64,000 nucleotides of DNA, taken from contig CAZRZY010000008.1 in assembly GCA_964604655.1 (NCBI GenBank), positions 11,087-75,086 on the forward strand. Reading direction: 5' to 3'. Numbering within the stretch: position 1 is the first letter of the stretch; every line of letters starts with the position of its first letter. The notes under the pieces are model-generated. The model saw only the letters and a list, made by a program, of their open reading frames with translations. It was not told where the DNA came from and ran no database searches. Of the stretch, positions 19,784 to 30,204 are shown in pieces. The position numbers were made by a program, and so were the translations under genes. This DNA comes from an uncultured Bacteroides sp. (GTDB taxonomy: Bacteria > Bacteroidota > Bacteroidia > Bacteroidales > GCA-2748055).

Positions 19784-21247
19784 TTAACGATTCATTATGG
19801 ATTTTCGTTCCCCCAAATATACGATCGAAACAAACAACACCATGAAAAACAAACTGACACCCTTTCCGTTCGGAACTGGTTCAATATTAATCCTGCTATT
19901 CAGAACATAAATCAATATGGCTGCCCCTATATAACCAGTGATCTTGATGAAATCGTATGGAATGGGGTAGTATTTTCTGGACCACAGATAGGAGAGCATA
20001 ACCATCACTGAGTAACAAACCAGGTGAGCCCAGGCTGAAGCCAGGTATCCCGCTCTGGGAACAAAAACCAGATTGATGCCAATAGTGATCCCTGCACCTG
20101 TTAAAACCAGTACTGCCCCTATCCATGTTCTGTTGGTCAGTTTATACCAGATGGACAGATTGAAAAAGATACCCATCACCAGGTTTGCCATGAGCACCAC
20201 TGGAACAATCCGCGCCCCTTCCCTGAAATCAGGTCCTATGAACAGAATAAAAGAGTCCATGAACAGTGTTACCATCAGGAATATCATCAGTCCGCTTCCT
20301 ATAAATGCATTCATGGCCCGCACATATAATTCCTTAGCATCTTTTTCATCGGCTTTGGAGAAAAAGAACGGCTCAGCAGCATATCTGAACATCTGTACAA
20401 AAATAGTCATGAGTACGGCAAGCTTGTAATTAGCACCGTAAATCCCCAGCTGTTGCATCGCATACGTTTCACCATTGAGCAGATGCTTTAATAAGATTCT
20501 GTCTAATGCCTCATTGACCGTACCTGCCAGTCCAGCTATCAGGAGCGGGAAGGAATATTTTAAAACCTGTCTCAATATGGACCAGTCGACTCCGAATTGA
20601 AATCCTGAAAGAATCTCCTTTGAAAGCAATACCAGTTTCGTTGCCGAAGCTACCAGGTTTGCGATCAATACATATCCGACCCCGATATCCGGATTGTAAA
20701 CCAGCTGAACGAATTCCGAATCCGAATATCTTGGTGCCATATAGAGAAAGAATATGTTCAGCCCAATATTGATGACCACTTCCACGATCCGGATCATGGC
20801 ATACCTCACAGCCCGATTATGAATCCGGATCCTCGCAAATGGGATGGAGGTAAATGCGTCGATCCCCACGATACATGCCAGCCATTTGATATATTCCGGA
20901 TTATTTCCATATCCTATCCATACGCTGATCTGCCCGGCTGATAAAAGTATCGCTGATATAAAAACCAGCGAGGTGATAAACAGCGACAGGAGTATAGAGC
21001 TGTAAACGTCTCCTTTCCTTGTTGAATTGCTGGCAAAACGGAAGTATCCTGTTTCCATTCCATAGGTCAGCACCACCAGCAGGAATACCACATAGGCATA
21101 TAATTCGGTAATGACCCCGTACGTTTGCTGCTCAAAGACTCTTGTATAGAAGGGAGTAAGCAAGAGGTAATTCAAAAGTCTCGGCAATACGATTCCCATT
21201 CCGTATACTGCCGTCTGACCAAACAGTTGCCTGATGGGATTTTTCAA
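19784..21247 (-). CDS. MOP-superfamily polysaccharide flippase-like protein
   Basis: 12-14 TM helices; [14 protein letters not shown] and [10 protein letters not shown] motifs. Confidence 0.85.
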   Translation of the reverse strand: MKNPIRQLFGQTAVYGMGIVLPRLLNYLLLTPFYTRVFEQQTYGVITELYAYVVFLLVVLTYGMETGYFRFASNSTRKGDVYSSILLSLFITSLVFISAILLSAGQISVWIGYGNNPEYIKWLACIVGIDAFTSIPFARIRIHNRAVRYAMIRIVEVVINIGLNIFFLYMAPRYSDSEFVQLVYNPDIGVGYVLIANLVASATKLVLLSKEILSGFQFGVDWSILRQVLKYSFPLLIAGLAGTVNEALDRILLKHLLNGETYAMQQLGIYGANYKLAVLMTIFVQMFRYAAEPFFFSKADEKDAKELYVRAMNAFIGSGLMIFLMVTLFMDSFILFIGPDFREGARIVPVVLMANLVMGIFFNLSIWYKLTNRTWIGAVLVLTGAGITIGINLVFVPRAGYLASAWAHLVCYSVMVMLSYLWSRKYYPIPYDFIKITGYIGAAILIYVLNSRINIEPVPNGKGVSLFFMVLFVSIVYLGERKSIMNR

Positions 21248-22101
21248 GCCGCCCCGAAGAGATTACGAAGTGTACGATCGATGGTAGGATAACTAAAGCG
21301 GAATTCTTCCATTTCTAACCGTTCGGACACCGCCTCCTGACCTTTCGTCACCACGATGTGTGAAGCACCCATTCCGATTCTCATTAAAACCTCAGGTGCC
21401 CGGAAAACCAGGCGTGTGCCACTCTCTCTGGCCAGTAACCTGATCATTTCTGACATGGAAGTGGGCTCCGGTGCACAAAGGTTGATCACTCCTTCTAATC
21501 GATTACGCATGATGTGCAAAATGGCATTGACCAGATCTTCCCTGTGAATAAATGAGACAGGTTGGCTCCCTTTTCCGGGAATGACCAGAAATCCCAATGG
21601 CTTGGTGATCATTATTCTTTTCAAAGCTCCTCCCTTTCTGTCCAGTACAACTCCTATCCGGATGGTCGTTTTTCCTACTTCCTTATCCAGTTGCTGCATT
21701 GGCTCTTCCCAGGCTTTGACTACCCGTGCCAGATAATTATCGGCCCATGCGGAGCTGCTTTCCGTGTGCCGTCCCACTGTATGGTAGATTCCAACAGCAG
21801 AAGCAGAAATAAAGTGTGATGGCTTTTTCTTCAAACCGTTGATGGCTTTTACCAGGTTCAGTGTCACTCCTTGTCTGCTATTCTCTATCATTTTTCTGTT
21901 TCTGCGAGTCCATCGCGTCCCTATCGGTGCACCGGCCAGATTGATCACCACATCTGCTCCGGCAATTTTCGCGGCAATCACTTCAGATCCGGCATACAGC
22001 GTGGTGCGGATCAGTGTGACTATCTCATGGTTTTCCTCCTTCAGCCGTTCCATTAATTTTTCACCTATAAAACCGCGGTAACCAGCAACAGCTATCCTCA
22101 T
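21244..22101 (-). CDS. TIGR01777 family NAD-dependent epimerase/oxidoreductase
   Basis: GYRGFIG Rossmann motif, VINLAGAPI..RWT, SASAVGIY, WE, RIGVVL, FIHREDLV. Confidence 0.88.
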   Translation of the reverse strand: MRIAVAGYRGFIGEKLMERLKEENHEIVTLIRTTLYAGSEVIAAKIAGADVVINLAGAPIGTRWTRRNRKMIENSRQGVTLNLVKAINGLKKKPSHFISASAVGIYHTVGRHTESSSAWADNYLARVVKAWEEPMQQLDKEVGKTTIRIGVVLDRKGGALKRIMITKPLGFLVIPGKGSQPVSFIHREDLVNAILHIMRNRLEGVINLCAPEPTSMSEMIRLLARESGTRLVFRAPEVLMRIGMGASHIVVTKGQEAVSERLEMEEFRFSYPTIDRTLRNLFGAA

Positions 22102-24392
22102 TGCTCTACTATTCTCTTGTTAAACAGTAAATACCCAAAACTAATCTGAAAGATCCAGGGTCGCTCTTCCTCTGTAATATATCCGGCTTGCAACGTGACA
22201 GGCCCTGCCACCGTCACAAAGTTAACAGATGCATTGAAGAGTGTCTTCATCCGGTTAAAATATGTTCCCAAATAAGCTCTGTTATCACTACCCCTGAGAA
22301 TTTCCTGCACCGGAAAAAATGCATACGCTTCCAGTTTTGCATGCACCTGACTGCTGTATCGATACACGGGCATGACCCCTGCAGCAATAAACTGACGGGC
22401 ACGATATGACTCCATGAACATGCCCCTGGTTACCATATTAGGCTGGAAAACGGGTGCTTCAATCAAAGTTGAAAAATAGTTGAGCATCAATGGCCGGAAG
22501 TCGGCATGAATCTTAAACAGATAGCCGAGTCTGAATGGTTCTTTCATCAATACATACCCGGTATTTTCATAAAGCGCGGTCAGGCTGAAATAGGAGCTTC
22601 GCTCATCATTTCCTGTTTCAGAAGTGGACCCCGGTGTGTAGAATTCCCCTCCATAACCCATGCGCAACACATACCTGTTCTTTCTTCCCTCGGTTGGAAA
22701 TTGCTTTTCATTGAGGGTATTTCTTTCCCCTGCAACATACAAGGAAAGCTTATTAACACTGGAAACCTCTGAAGTATCACTGGATGTGAAATTCCTGGTC
22801 ATATAGTATACTTCCCTGTTTCTTCCTATTCCCACCCCTGCATTCAGTACCCCATTGGTAGAATAGGGCATCCCGGCATCCAACCTCACATTGATCTCAT
22901 CTTCTGTAATAAAGGACGGGGCCAGATCCTGAAACAGGAAATTGGTGCTGGAGGTATTATAATTGAAGCCATTGTAGTTGAACTCCGCCTGGAAATAGAG
23001 AGGTGTTCTGGAAGGATAATCAAACCTGAATCCCACATTTGCACCATTGTAGAACCTGCCAAACTGGATGCTTCCCTTCAGATGGGAGCTTACTTCTGAA
23101 ATATTCCTGTAACTGAATCCCAGGTAGGTCTGCGCCATCCCGGTAGTAGAAAAATGCAAACCGAACCGAGCTTCCATGGGACTCTGTGGTATGACTCTGA
23201 GCCGCAGGGTAAATATACTATCCTCTTCATTATACACGGCATGCGGATAGAGGTAGAGCAGACTCCTGTCGCTGGCCAGTTTCAGGTACTCCTTTCTTAA
23301 TTCATCAATCCCAATGGTATCCTTCGCTCTCTGGAAACTTTGTTCCACGTAGCTCTTCTGTTCAGTGTTCAGTCCATAGATATCCAGATCACCAAACCGG
23401 AATTCGGGCCATTGTTCCCTGTATTCACTTCTTCTCTCCGCCATTCCCGCGCTGTCCAAAGCTCTTCTTTCCACCATCTCACTGATTTCATCCATACGTT
23501 CCATGGTCTTCCTGTACCCCTGATCCACAAACTGGTCGAGTTTTTCAAAAGCCAGCAGCGAAACCTTATCGAAATCCATATCGAGTAAAAGCCCTTCCTC
23601 CGGAACGATTTTATATTCCGCTGGTTTCATGACAATATTTTCTATCTGTCCCAGGATATCAAATTCATCGGGAGGAGTGTTGTCTTCTGCCGCCTTGCTT
23701 CCTATAAGAACATCCGGTTCAAACTGTTCTCGTACATGATTTACAGGGAAGTTATTATATATACCCCCGTCATACATGATCTTTCCGTCCATAACGATCG
23801 GCCTGAAATAGAGTGGGACCGTCATGGATGCCCGCACGGCCTGCGCCAGATCACCGTCCCTGAATACAATCTCCACGTTATTACTGATGTCTGCGCTGTT
23901 ACAAAGAAAAGGTACAAACAGACTGTCAAAATTATAACGGGCAGCAGCACTGGCTCTGGAAAAAATCTCCATGAATGCAAAATCCATCAGATAATTGGGA
24001 ATCAGGCTCAGCGGAAGAAAGGTGCGGGGGATGGTGTCCCTGATATCCAGTCCTATGCTTACCAGGTCAGGACCCGGATGTTCTCTTTTGAAGAAATAAT
24101 TATACTCTTCTTCCAATTTCCCGGTCATCCAGTAATGAAACTCATCCGACCGGACGACCTCCTTCATCTCTTCGGTACTGTATCCCATGGCATATAGCCC
24201 TCCAATGATGGCCCCCATGGATGTTCCTCCCACATAATCAATCGGTATCCGCTGTTCTTCCAATGCTTCAATCACTCCGATATGCGCCAATCCCTTTGCA
24301 CCACCGCCGCTTAATACCAGTCCCACTGTTTGTCCGCACACGGATGCACTTATCAGCCCGAGAAGCAACATTCCGATGTGTGTTTTAATCAT
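22098..24392 (-). CDS. Patatin-like phospholipase with C-terminal beta-rich domain (PlpD-like)
   Basis: Signal peptide, GGGAKG, GTSMG nucleophile, DGG; long beta-strand C-terminus. Confidence 0.88.
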   Translation of the reverse strand: MIKTHIGMLLLGLISASVCGQTVGLVLSGGGAKGLAHIGVIEALEEQRIPIDYVGGTSMGAIIGGLYAMGYSTEEMKEVVRSDEFHYWMTGKLEEEYNYFFKREHPGPDLVSIGLDIRDTIPRTFLPLSLIPNYLMDFAFMEIFSRASAAARYNFDSLFVPFLCNSADISNNVEIVFRDGDLAQAVRASMTVPLYFRPIVMDGKIMYDGGIYNNFPVNHVREQFEPDVLIGSKAAEDNTPPDEFDILGQIENIVMKPAEYKIVPEEGLLLDMDFDKVSLLAFEKLDQFVDQGYRKTMERMDEISEMVERRALDSAGMAERRSEYREQWPEFRFGDLDIYGLNTEQKSYVEQSFQRAKDTIGIDELRKEYLKLASDRSLLYLYPHAVYNEEDSIFTLRLRVIPQSPMEARFGLHFSTTGMAQTYLGFSYRNISEVSSHLKGSIQFGRFYNGANVGFRFDYPSRTPLYFQAEFNYNGFNYNTSSTNFLFQDLAPSFITEDEINVRLDAGMPYSTNGVLNAGVGIGRNREVYYMTRNFTSSDTSEVSSVNKLSLYVAGERNTLNEKQFPTEGRKNRYVLRMGYGGEFYTPGSTSETGNDERSSYFSLTALYENTGYVLMKEPFRLGYLFKIHADFRPLMLNYFSTLIEAPVFQPNMVTRGMFMESYRARQFIAAGVMPVYRYSSQVHAKLEAYAFFPVQEILRGSDNRAYLGTYFNRMKTLFNASVNFVTVAGPVTLQAGYITEEERPWIFQISFGYLLFNKRIVEQ

Positions 24393-24398
24393 TCGTTC

Positions 24399-24406
24399 TA
24401 TCTTTG
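24399..24406 (+). promoter_or_regulatory. -7 element (TATCTTTG) for PPIase-pheS
   Basis: Exact match about 31 nt before ATG 24438. Confidence 0.65.
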
Positions 24407-24437
24407 TACTGCTTCTGATTTTAAAGTTAATTCATTT

Positions 24438-25112
24438 ATGAGGAAGAAAAGCGCATATATTCTCATAGTTTCATTCAGCTGTATTTTCTGCTCTCCGGAC
24501 CCCCTTTCTGGTCAGAAAGTGGAGGGCAATCTGATACGTATATCCACGATCTACGGTGACATGGTAGCCAGGCTGTATGACGATACACCTCTTCACAGGG
24601 ACAATATATTGAAGCTTATCGGACAGGATTACTATGAAGGACAGTTATTTCACCGCGTCATAGAGGGCTTCATGATTCAGGGAGGTGATCCCCATTCCGT
24701 CGGAGCTGAAAAGGGGCAGCGACTGGGGACAGGCGGACCCGGATATACGGTTCCCGCGGAACTTCACCCCCACCATATTCATAAAAAAGGGGCACTGGCA
24801 GCTGCCCGTAAAAGCGATCAGGTGAATCCTGAAAAAGCATCCTCCGGCTCTCAGTTCTATATCGTTCAGGGAAGGGTATTTACACTACCGGAACTGGATA
24901 TTCTTGCCCGTCAGAGAAATATCACACTAAGCGAAGAATCACTTTCGGTATATACTTCTGCAGGTGGTGCCCCCCACCTCGATGGCAGCTACACGGTATT
25001 CGGGGAACTGGTAGAGGGGCTGGAGGTTCTGGACCAGATTGCCTCTCAGCCTACCGATGCGTACAACCGTCCTGTCAATGATGTTATCTTCCACATTTCC
25101 ATTGAAAAATAG
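24438..25112 (+). CDS. Cyclophilin-type peptidyl-prolyl isomerase
   Basis: FHRVIEGFMIQGGDP, SSGSQFYIV, HLDGSYTVFG; start reassigned to ATG 24438 (signal-like N-terminus). Confidence 0.93.
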   Translation: MRKKSAYILIVSFSCIFCSPDPLSGQKVEGNLIRISTIYGDMVARLYDDTPLHRDNILKLIGQDYYEGQLFHRVIEGFMIQGGDPHSVGAEKGQRLGTGGPGYTVPAELHPHHIHKKGALAAARKSDQVNPEKASSGSQFYIVQGRVFTLPELDILARQRNITLSEESLSVYTSAGGAPHLDGSYTVFGELVEGLEVLDQIASQPTDAYNRPVNDVIFHISIEK

Positions 25113-25123
25113 CAGAAAATCTC

Positions 25124-26143
25124 ATGATCCAACGTATTGAAGCGTATCTGAAAGAAGCAGCCGAATACTCCGTATCGAACAGGGAAGAACTGGAGCAATT
25201 CCGAATTCGATTTCTTGGCAAAAAAGGAATACTATCCGCTCTGTTTCGCGATTTTAAGAATGTCCCTCCTGAAAATAAGAAAGAAGTGGGCCTTCGGATC
25301 AATCAGTTGAAGCACTATGTTCAGGAGCAAATCGAGATGCGCTCAACCTCTCTTACCCAGGGAAACAGGGGAAAATCAAGTAAAGACCTCACCCTTCCGG
25401 GACCACCGCTTGATATGGGTTCAAGACATCCCATTTCCATCGTTCGCCAACAGATTATCTCCATTTTCTCCAGATTGGGATATACTATCTCAGAGGGTCC
25501 CGAAATAGAAGATGACTGGCACGTATTTTCAGCTCTTAACTTTCCTCCTGAACATCCCGCGCGTGATATGCAGGATACCTTTTTCGTGGAGAAGGATCCG
25601 GATATACTCCTGCGTACCCACACTTCATCGGTACAGGTAAGGGTCATGGAGAACTCCAGCCCTCCCATCCGAACCATTTCACCGGGCCGGGTTTTCCGAA
25701 ACGAATCGATCAGCGCCAGGGCACACTGTATTTTTCATCAGGTGGAAGGTCTCTACATCGACCGTGAAGTTTCCTTTGCCGACCTGAAGCAAACTCTTCT
25801 CTTTTTTGCACAGGAGATGTTCGGGAGCAACGTCGATATCCGTCTTCGTCCCTCCTATTTCCCTTTCACTGAACCCAGTGCTGAAATGGATATCAGCTGT
25901 CAGATCTGTGGTGGAAAAGGCTGCAATGTGTGCAAATATACCGGTTGGCTGGAAATTTTGGGTTGCGGAATGGTTGATCCTAATGTTCTTAATTTAAGTG
26001 GCATTGACCCTGAATCATATACCGGCTTCGCATTCGGTATGGGGGTGGAACGAGTGGCTATGCTGAAATACCAGGTAAAGGATTTGAGACTCTACTTTGA
26101 GAACGATGTCCGTTTCCTTCGACAGTTCATCTCCGCATACTAA
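25124..26143 (+). CDS. pheS: Phenylalanine-tRNA ligase alpha subunit
   Basis: HPARDMQDTF, LRTHTS, FHQVEG, FPFTEPSAE, GFAFGMGVER motifs. Confidence 0.98.
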   Translation: MIQRIEAYLKEAAEYSVSNREELEQFRIRFLGKKGILSALFRDFKNVPPENKKEVGLRINQLKHYVQEQIEMRSTSLTQGNRGKSSKDLTLPGPPLDMGSRHPISIVRQQIISIFSRLGYTISEGPEIEDDWHVFSALNFPPEHPARDMQDTFFVEKDPDILLRTHTSSVQVRVMENSSPPIRTISPGRVFRNESISARAHCIFHQVEGLYIDREVSFADLKQTLLFFAQEMFGSNVDIRLRPSYFPFTEPSAEMDISCQICGGKGCNVCKYTGWLEILGCGMVDPNVLNLSGIDPESYTGFAFGMGVERVAMLKYQVKDLRLYFENDVRFLRQFISAY

Positions 26144-26164
26144 TCGAAACGATCTCTATTTCTC

Positions 26165-26584
26165 TTAGGATTCCTCCAGAATAATCTCATGTTCCACGGG
26201 GAAAGACTCCCTGTAATTGGCTGAGACCCCGCAATACCTTTCCGACGAGAGATTCACTGCCTTTTCTACATTCTTCCTGGAGATGTCCTTTCCTTTTACC
26301 CGGTAGATAACCTTCATTCCAACGTATTTCTTTGGGTGCTCTTCTGCCAGTTCACCCTCCACCTCTACATGGAACTCATCCACCTGCTCTCTCATTTTCT
26401 TCAATATGGAAGCTACATCCATCGCCGTACATCCTGCCAGGGCAGCCATCATCAGAGCTTTGGGCTTCATCCCCATATTTTTCCCCCCTTGTTCAGGAAC
26501 GGTATCGATATAGATTTTATGCCCGTCCATTTCGATCTCGAAGGCCAGATCGTTCAGCCATGTGGTTTTCAATGTTTCTTTCAT
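26165..26584 (-). CDS. OsmC/YhfA family protein
   Basis: ALAGCTAMD and RYCGVS two-Cys signature. Confidence 0.9.
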   Translation of the reverse strand: MKETLKTTWLNDLAFEIEMDGHKIYIDTVPEQGGKNMGMKPKALMMAALAGCTAMDVASILKKMREQVDEFHVEVEGELAEEHPKKYVGMKVIYRVKGKDISRKNVEKAVNLSSERYCGVSANYRESFPVEHEIILEES

Positions 26585-26658
26585 GAATCAATATTTGAAA
26601 TGGTATTTAGCTATTTTTATCTGAAATTGACTATGTTAGTCATCGGATAATTGTTTAT

Positions 26659-26666
26659 TATATTTG
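26659..26666 (+). promoter_or_regulatory. -7 element (TATATTTG) for the Crp/Fnr gene
   Basis: Exact match 8 nt before ATG 26675. Confidence 0.65.
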
Positions 26667-26674
26667 CCAGCGGT

Positions 26675-27376
26675 ATGTCCACCTTCTCCCCGTCCACCCA
26701 TTGCGATTCCTGCCTGCTCAGGACCCATGCCCTGTTTCGCCACCTTACCGGGGAGGAGATACAGGATGTCTCTTTCAACAAAATAACAGAATCCCATAAA
26801 AGAGGTTCACTGATCTACCAGGAAGGAAACCGGATGAAAGGTTTTTACTGCATACAATCAGGAATCATAAAGATCTTCAAAACCGGTTTCGACGGCAAGG
26901 AACAGATCATCCGTTTTGCAAAACCAGGAGATCTGATCGGTTATCGCTCGGTTATAAGTAACGAACCTGCCTGTACCTCCTCCGAGGTGATTGAAGATTC
27001 CATTCTTTGTCATATTCCCACCCATCTTCTTCTCCACCTGGTAAAGACCAATGGAAATTTTGCTGTTGAACTGATGAAACTGACCTGTAAGGAACTGGGA
27101 GAGGCCAACTCTTACCTAACCGATATTGCTCAAAAAACTGTAAAAGAACGTCTTGCAGAAGTATTACTGCATCTGTACCAGGAGTTCGGAATAGACCGTG
27201 AAGGTCTATTGAATATTTCTCTGACACGCGAGGAGTTATCCAATCTTGTAGGCACCGCTACCGAATCTGTCATTCGTTTGTTGTCCGAATTCAGGAATGA
27301 TTCGCTCATAGAGCTTCACGGAAGGAAAATAAAAATCCTGGACAGGCCAGGATTGAAACACGTCGCCAACATGTAG
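26675..27376 (+). CDS. Crp/Fnr family transcriptional regulator
   Basis: N-terminal CxxC (CDSC), cNMP-binding fold, LTREELSNLVGTATESVIRLLSEF HTH; start reassigned to ATG 26675. Confidence 0.93.
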   Translation: MSTFSPSTHCDSCLLRTHALFRHLTGEEIQDVSFNKITESHKRGSLIYQEGNRMKGFYCIQSGIIKIFKTGFDGKEQIIRFAKPGDLIGYRSVISNEPACTSSEVIEDSILCHIPTHLLLHLVKTNGNFAVELMKLTCKELGEANSYLTDIAQKTVKERLAEVLLHLYQEFGIDREGLLNISLTREELSNLVGTATESVIRLLSEFRNDSLIELHGRKIKILDRPGLKHVANM

Positions 27377-27381
27377 AATCT

Positions 27382-27555
27382 TCAGTCTATCAGTTTATTG
27401 ATAAAGATATGAGCCAACAGACCTCCTACAATAAGCACCAGGCTAATGGCAAGGTTTGAATTGGTTTGGACTTTCGTGAAAACCACCACACTCAGAAGAA
27501 CCACTCCTGCCAGTATGATCAGGAGTCCGGTATTCTTTAAAAGCTCTTGTAACAT
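27382..27555 (-). CDS. Small two-TM membrane protein (57 aa), absent from the ORF track
   Basis: Manual translation MLQELLKNTGLLIILAGVVLLSVVVFTKVQTNSNLAISLVLIVGGLLAHIFINKLID; own -7 box TATATTTG at 27582-27589 on the minus strand. Confidence 0.8.
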   Translation of the reverse strand: MLQELLKNTGLLIILAGVVLLSVVVFTKVQTNSNLAISLVLIVGGLLAHIFINKLID

Positions 27556-27598
27556 ATCAGCTTGTGTATTTTCAATTTACACAAATATATAGAAAATA

Positions 27599-28618
27599 TT
27601 AAAACAAAAAGTTCTGGCTATCTCTATATTTTCCAAGGTGTTCATAGGCGTTCCTTGTAACCTCTCTTCCTCTTGGTGTACGCTTGATATACCCCTCTTT
27701 GATCAGGAAAGGTTCATATACCTCCTCGATGGTTCCCGCCTCCTCACCCACTGCTGTTGCAATGGTATTTAATCCCACCGGTCCTCCCTGGAACTTATCG
27801 ATGATCGTCAGCAATATCCGGTTATCCATCTCATCCAGTCCCGACTGATCAATATTCAGGGCATTCAAACCAAATTTAGTGATCTCCATACCGATAATCC
27901 CGTCTCCTTTTACCTGGGCGAAATCCCTTACCCGCCTGAGCAATGCATTGGCAATTCTTGGTGTTCCACGGCTTCTGGATGCAATTTCTCCTGCTGCATT
28001 ATCCTTTATCTCTACCTTCAGGATACCAGCCGAGCGTTTCACAATTCCCTTTAAAACCTTTGCATCGTAGTACTCCAGAAGTGCATTGATTCCAAACCGT
28101 GCCCTGAGGGGTCCGGTCAGTAAACCTGACCGGGTGGTAGCACCAATCAGAGTGAAAGGTTTCAGGGAAAGCTGGACAGAACGTGCCGCCGGTCCCTTAT
28201 CGATCATAATATCAATACAATAATCTTCCATGGCTGAATAGAGGTATTCTTCAACGATCGGTGAAAGTCGGTGGATCTCATCAATAAACAGCACATCACC
28301 CTCTTCCAAACCAGTAAGCAGCCCTGCAAGATCACCCGGCTTATCCAGTACTGGTCCGGAAGTGATTTTGATCCCCACTTCCATCTCATTGGCAACAATA
28401 TGTGCCAGAGTGGTCTTTCCCAGCCCTGGTGGACCGTGGAGCAATACATGATCCAGTGCTTCGTCCCTGAGCCTGGCAGCTTCCACAAACACTTTCAGAT
28501 TCTCCACAATTTTTTTTTGCCCGTCAAAATCCTGAAATATTTTTGGTCTCAGGCTTGATTCTACCTCCGGATCGGTGTCGGACCACTGCTTATCTCTCAG
28601 TTCAAACGCATCTGCCAT
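27599..28618 (-). CDS. ruvB: Holliday junction branch migration helicase RuvB
   Basis: [36 protein letters not shown] and RTPRGR motifs. Confidence 0.98.
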   Translation of the reverse strand: MADAFELRDKQWSDTDPEVESSLRPKIFQDFDGQKKIVENLKVFVEAARLRDEALDHVLLHGPPGLGKTTLAHIVANEMEVGIKITSGPVLDKPGDLAGLLTGLEEGDVLFIDEIHRLSPIVEEYLYSAMEDYCIDIMIDKGPAARSVQLSLKPFTLIGATTRSGLLTGPLRARFGINALLEYYDAKVLKGIVKRSAGILKVEIKDNAAGEIASRSRGTPRIANALLRRVRDFAQVKGDGIIGMEITKFGLNALNIDQSGLDEMDNRILLTIIDKFQGGPVGLNTIATAVGEEAGTIEEVYEPFLIKEGYIKRTPRGREVTRNAYEHLGKYRDSQNFLF

Positions 28619-28625
28619 GGGGAGG

Positions 28626-30194
28626 TCATCGAATTAAGGTCACATCACTCTCAGGCAAATTGATCCTGAAACCATTGATGCGTTGTTCTATGTTATCGCG
28701 GTAGGTGATGGTCATTTCCAGGTTTCCCTCTTCATCATACTTTTTCCAGTTCTTCTCCCTGATTCCCCTATCATAGTACTGCTCCTCTTTCAGGGCGGCA
28801 GAAGGGTAATAGTATTTATGCCTCTTATCCGGGTTTCCCTGGGCATACATTCCTTCATATTTCAGGGTTCCATCTTGATAAAAATACTTCCATTCCCCTT
28901 CCCGTAATCCAACCACATAGGAGCCCCTTTCCTCATGGTCACCCACCTGGTAGATCCACTCTCCATCCCTTTCTCCACTGATATATTCTCCCCTGGTCAA
29001 CACATTTCCCAGCCTGTCATATTCCACGAACAATCCATCCTCCATTCCGTTAAAATACCGTTCTTCTCTCCAGACATTTCCATTGGGGTAAAACCATGTC
29101 CATTCCCCCTGGTACCTGTCTCTCTGAAATCTTCCTCTCTGTTCTGTACTTCCATTCTTATAGTAAAAGGTCCACACCCCGCTTCGCTGGTTATTCTGGT
29201 ATCTCCCTTTAGCCCTCACTTCTCCCGAAGGATAAAATTCAGTCCATTCTCCCTTCCTTTCGCCCTGTTCATCGATGATTCCTTCCGCTACTTTTTCTCC
29301 CAGCTCATTGTACAAGTATGCATTGATCACCATACCGGTCGTATCGTAGAATCTATGGATTCCTATGGGGATCCCATCCCTGTATCCTCCTCTGAAAACA
29401 AGCCTTCCCTGCTCATCATAGGTGTTTTTCATATCCATCAGCTCCTTCAGGTCCTCATCGATCTCTTCCACCATCTTTCCGCGCTCATACCTCATAGCCA
29501 TCACCAGCTCTCCCCGACCGTCAAATTCCCTGTAATATCCATGCAACTGCCCATCCAGGTAATTCTCTTCTTTCTTGATTTTTCCATTTTCGTAATACTC
29601 CCTGTAGGTGCCCTGTCTTCTTCCCTGGTCGTCCACTCTGTTCACTCTTTCCCTGTCGATCACATAGTTATCCTTATATTCCACCACGGTGATCAGTGTG
29701 CTGTCTTTGGTATATTCCCGCGAAATCCCCTGTTTCCTTCCTTCTTTGTAAAAGACAATCATCCTCAATTCACCGGTAGGATAGTAATAATAAGAGTTCC
29801 CCTCCTTTCTGCCGTTCACATATAACTCTCTCGATACCTCAGTGGGCTGTCCCGGATTGAGCGGATTATCATAGCTGTAAGTAACGGAGAACCCGCTTTT
29901 TTCACCCAGATTGTAACTGATCTGCTGGACAAGTTCTCCCCTTTGGTTATAGAAATTCCATGTACTGTCCAGAAGAAAATTGGTCCTCTTCCCTTCCGAT
30001 TTGATCACACCGGTAACGTAGTAGGTTTTCCAGTAACCATCGGGCTTCCCGTTTCTCATCAATCCTTCACTGGAGATTTGTCCGTTGGGATAGAAAAATT
30101 GTGCGAATGTGCTTTCCCGTTCCTGTGCTGTTCCGGGAAAGGCTGCTAACATCCATACCCAGAACATTACATTTCTGAATCTCAATCCTTTCAT
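28626..30194 (-). CDS. Exported MORN-variant / YwqK-like repeat protein
   Basis: Signal peptide, then many G-x-W-x-x-Y-Y-x-N-G type repeats; start reassigned to ATG 30194, just after the nadA stop. Confidence 0.82.
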   Translation of the reverse strand: MKGLRFRNVMFWVWMLAAFPGTAQERESTFAQFFYPNGQISSEGLMRNGKPDGYWKTYYVTGVIKSEGKRTNFLLDSTWNFYNQRGELVQQISYNLGEKSGFSVTYSYDNPLNPGQPTEVSRELYVNGRKEGNSYYYYPTGELRMIVFYKEGRKQGISREYTKDSTLITVVEYKDNYVIDRERVNRVDDQGRRQGTYREYYENGKIKKEENYLDGQLHGYYREFDGRGELVMAMRYERGKMVEEIDEDLKELMDMKNTYDEQGRLVFRGGYRDGIPIGIHRFYDTTGMVINAYLYNELGEKVAEGIIDEQGERKGEWTEFYPSGEVRAKGRYQNNQRSGVWTFYYKNGSTEQRGRFQRDRYQGEWTWFYPNGNVWREERYFNGMEDGLFVEYDRLGNVLTRGEYISGERDGEWIYQVGDHEERGSYVVGLREGEWKYFYQDGTLKYEGMYAQGNPDKRHKYYYPSAALKEEQYYDRGIREKNWKKYDEEGNLEMTITYRDNIEQRINGFRINLPESDVTLIR

Positions 30195-30204
30195 GTCTGC
30201 TGAC

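Noticed and set aside
23341-23356. parS half-match TGTTCCACGTAGCTCT (similar half sites near 27962 and 56738)
   Set aside because: Right arm not palindromic; explained by Val-Glu codons.
28935-29825. 296-aa + strand ORF opposite the MORN-repeat gene
   Set aside because: Low-complexity F/P/S/I-rich mirror of G/E/Y/K repeats.
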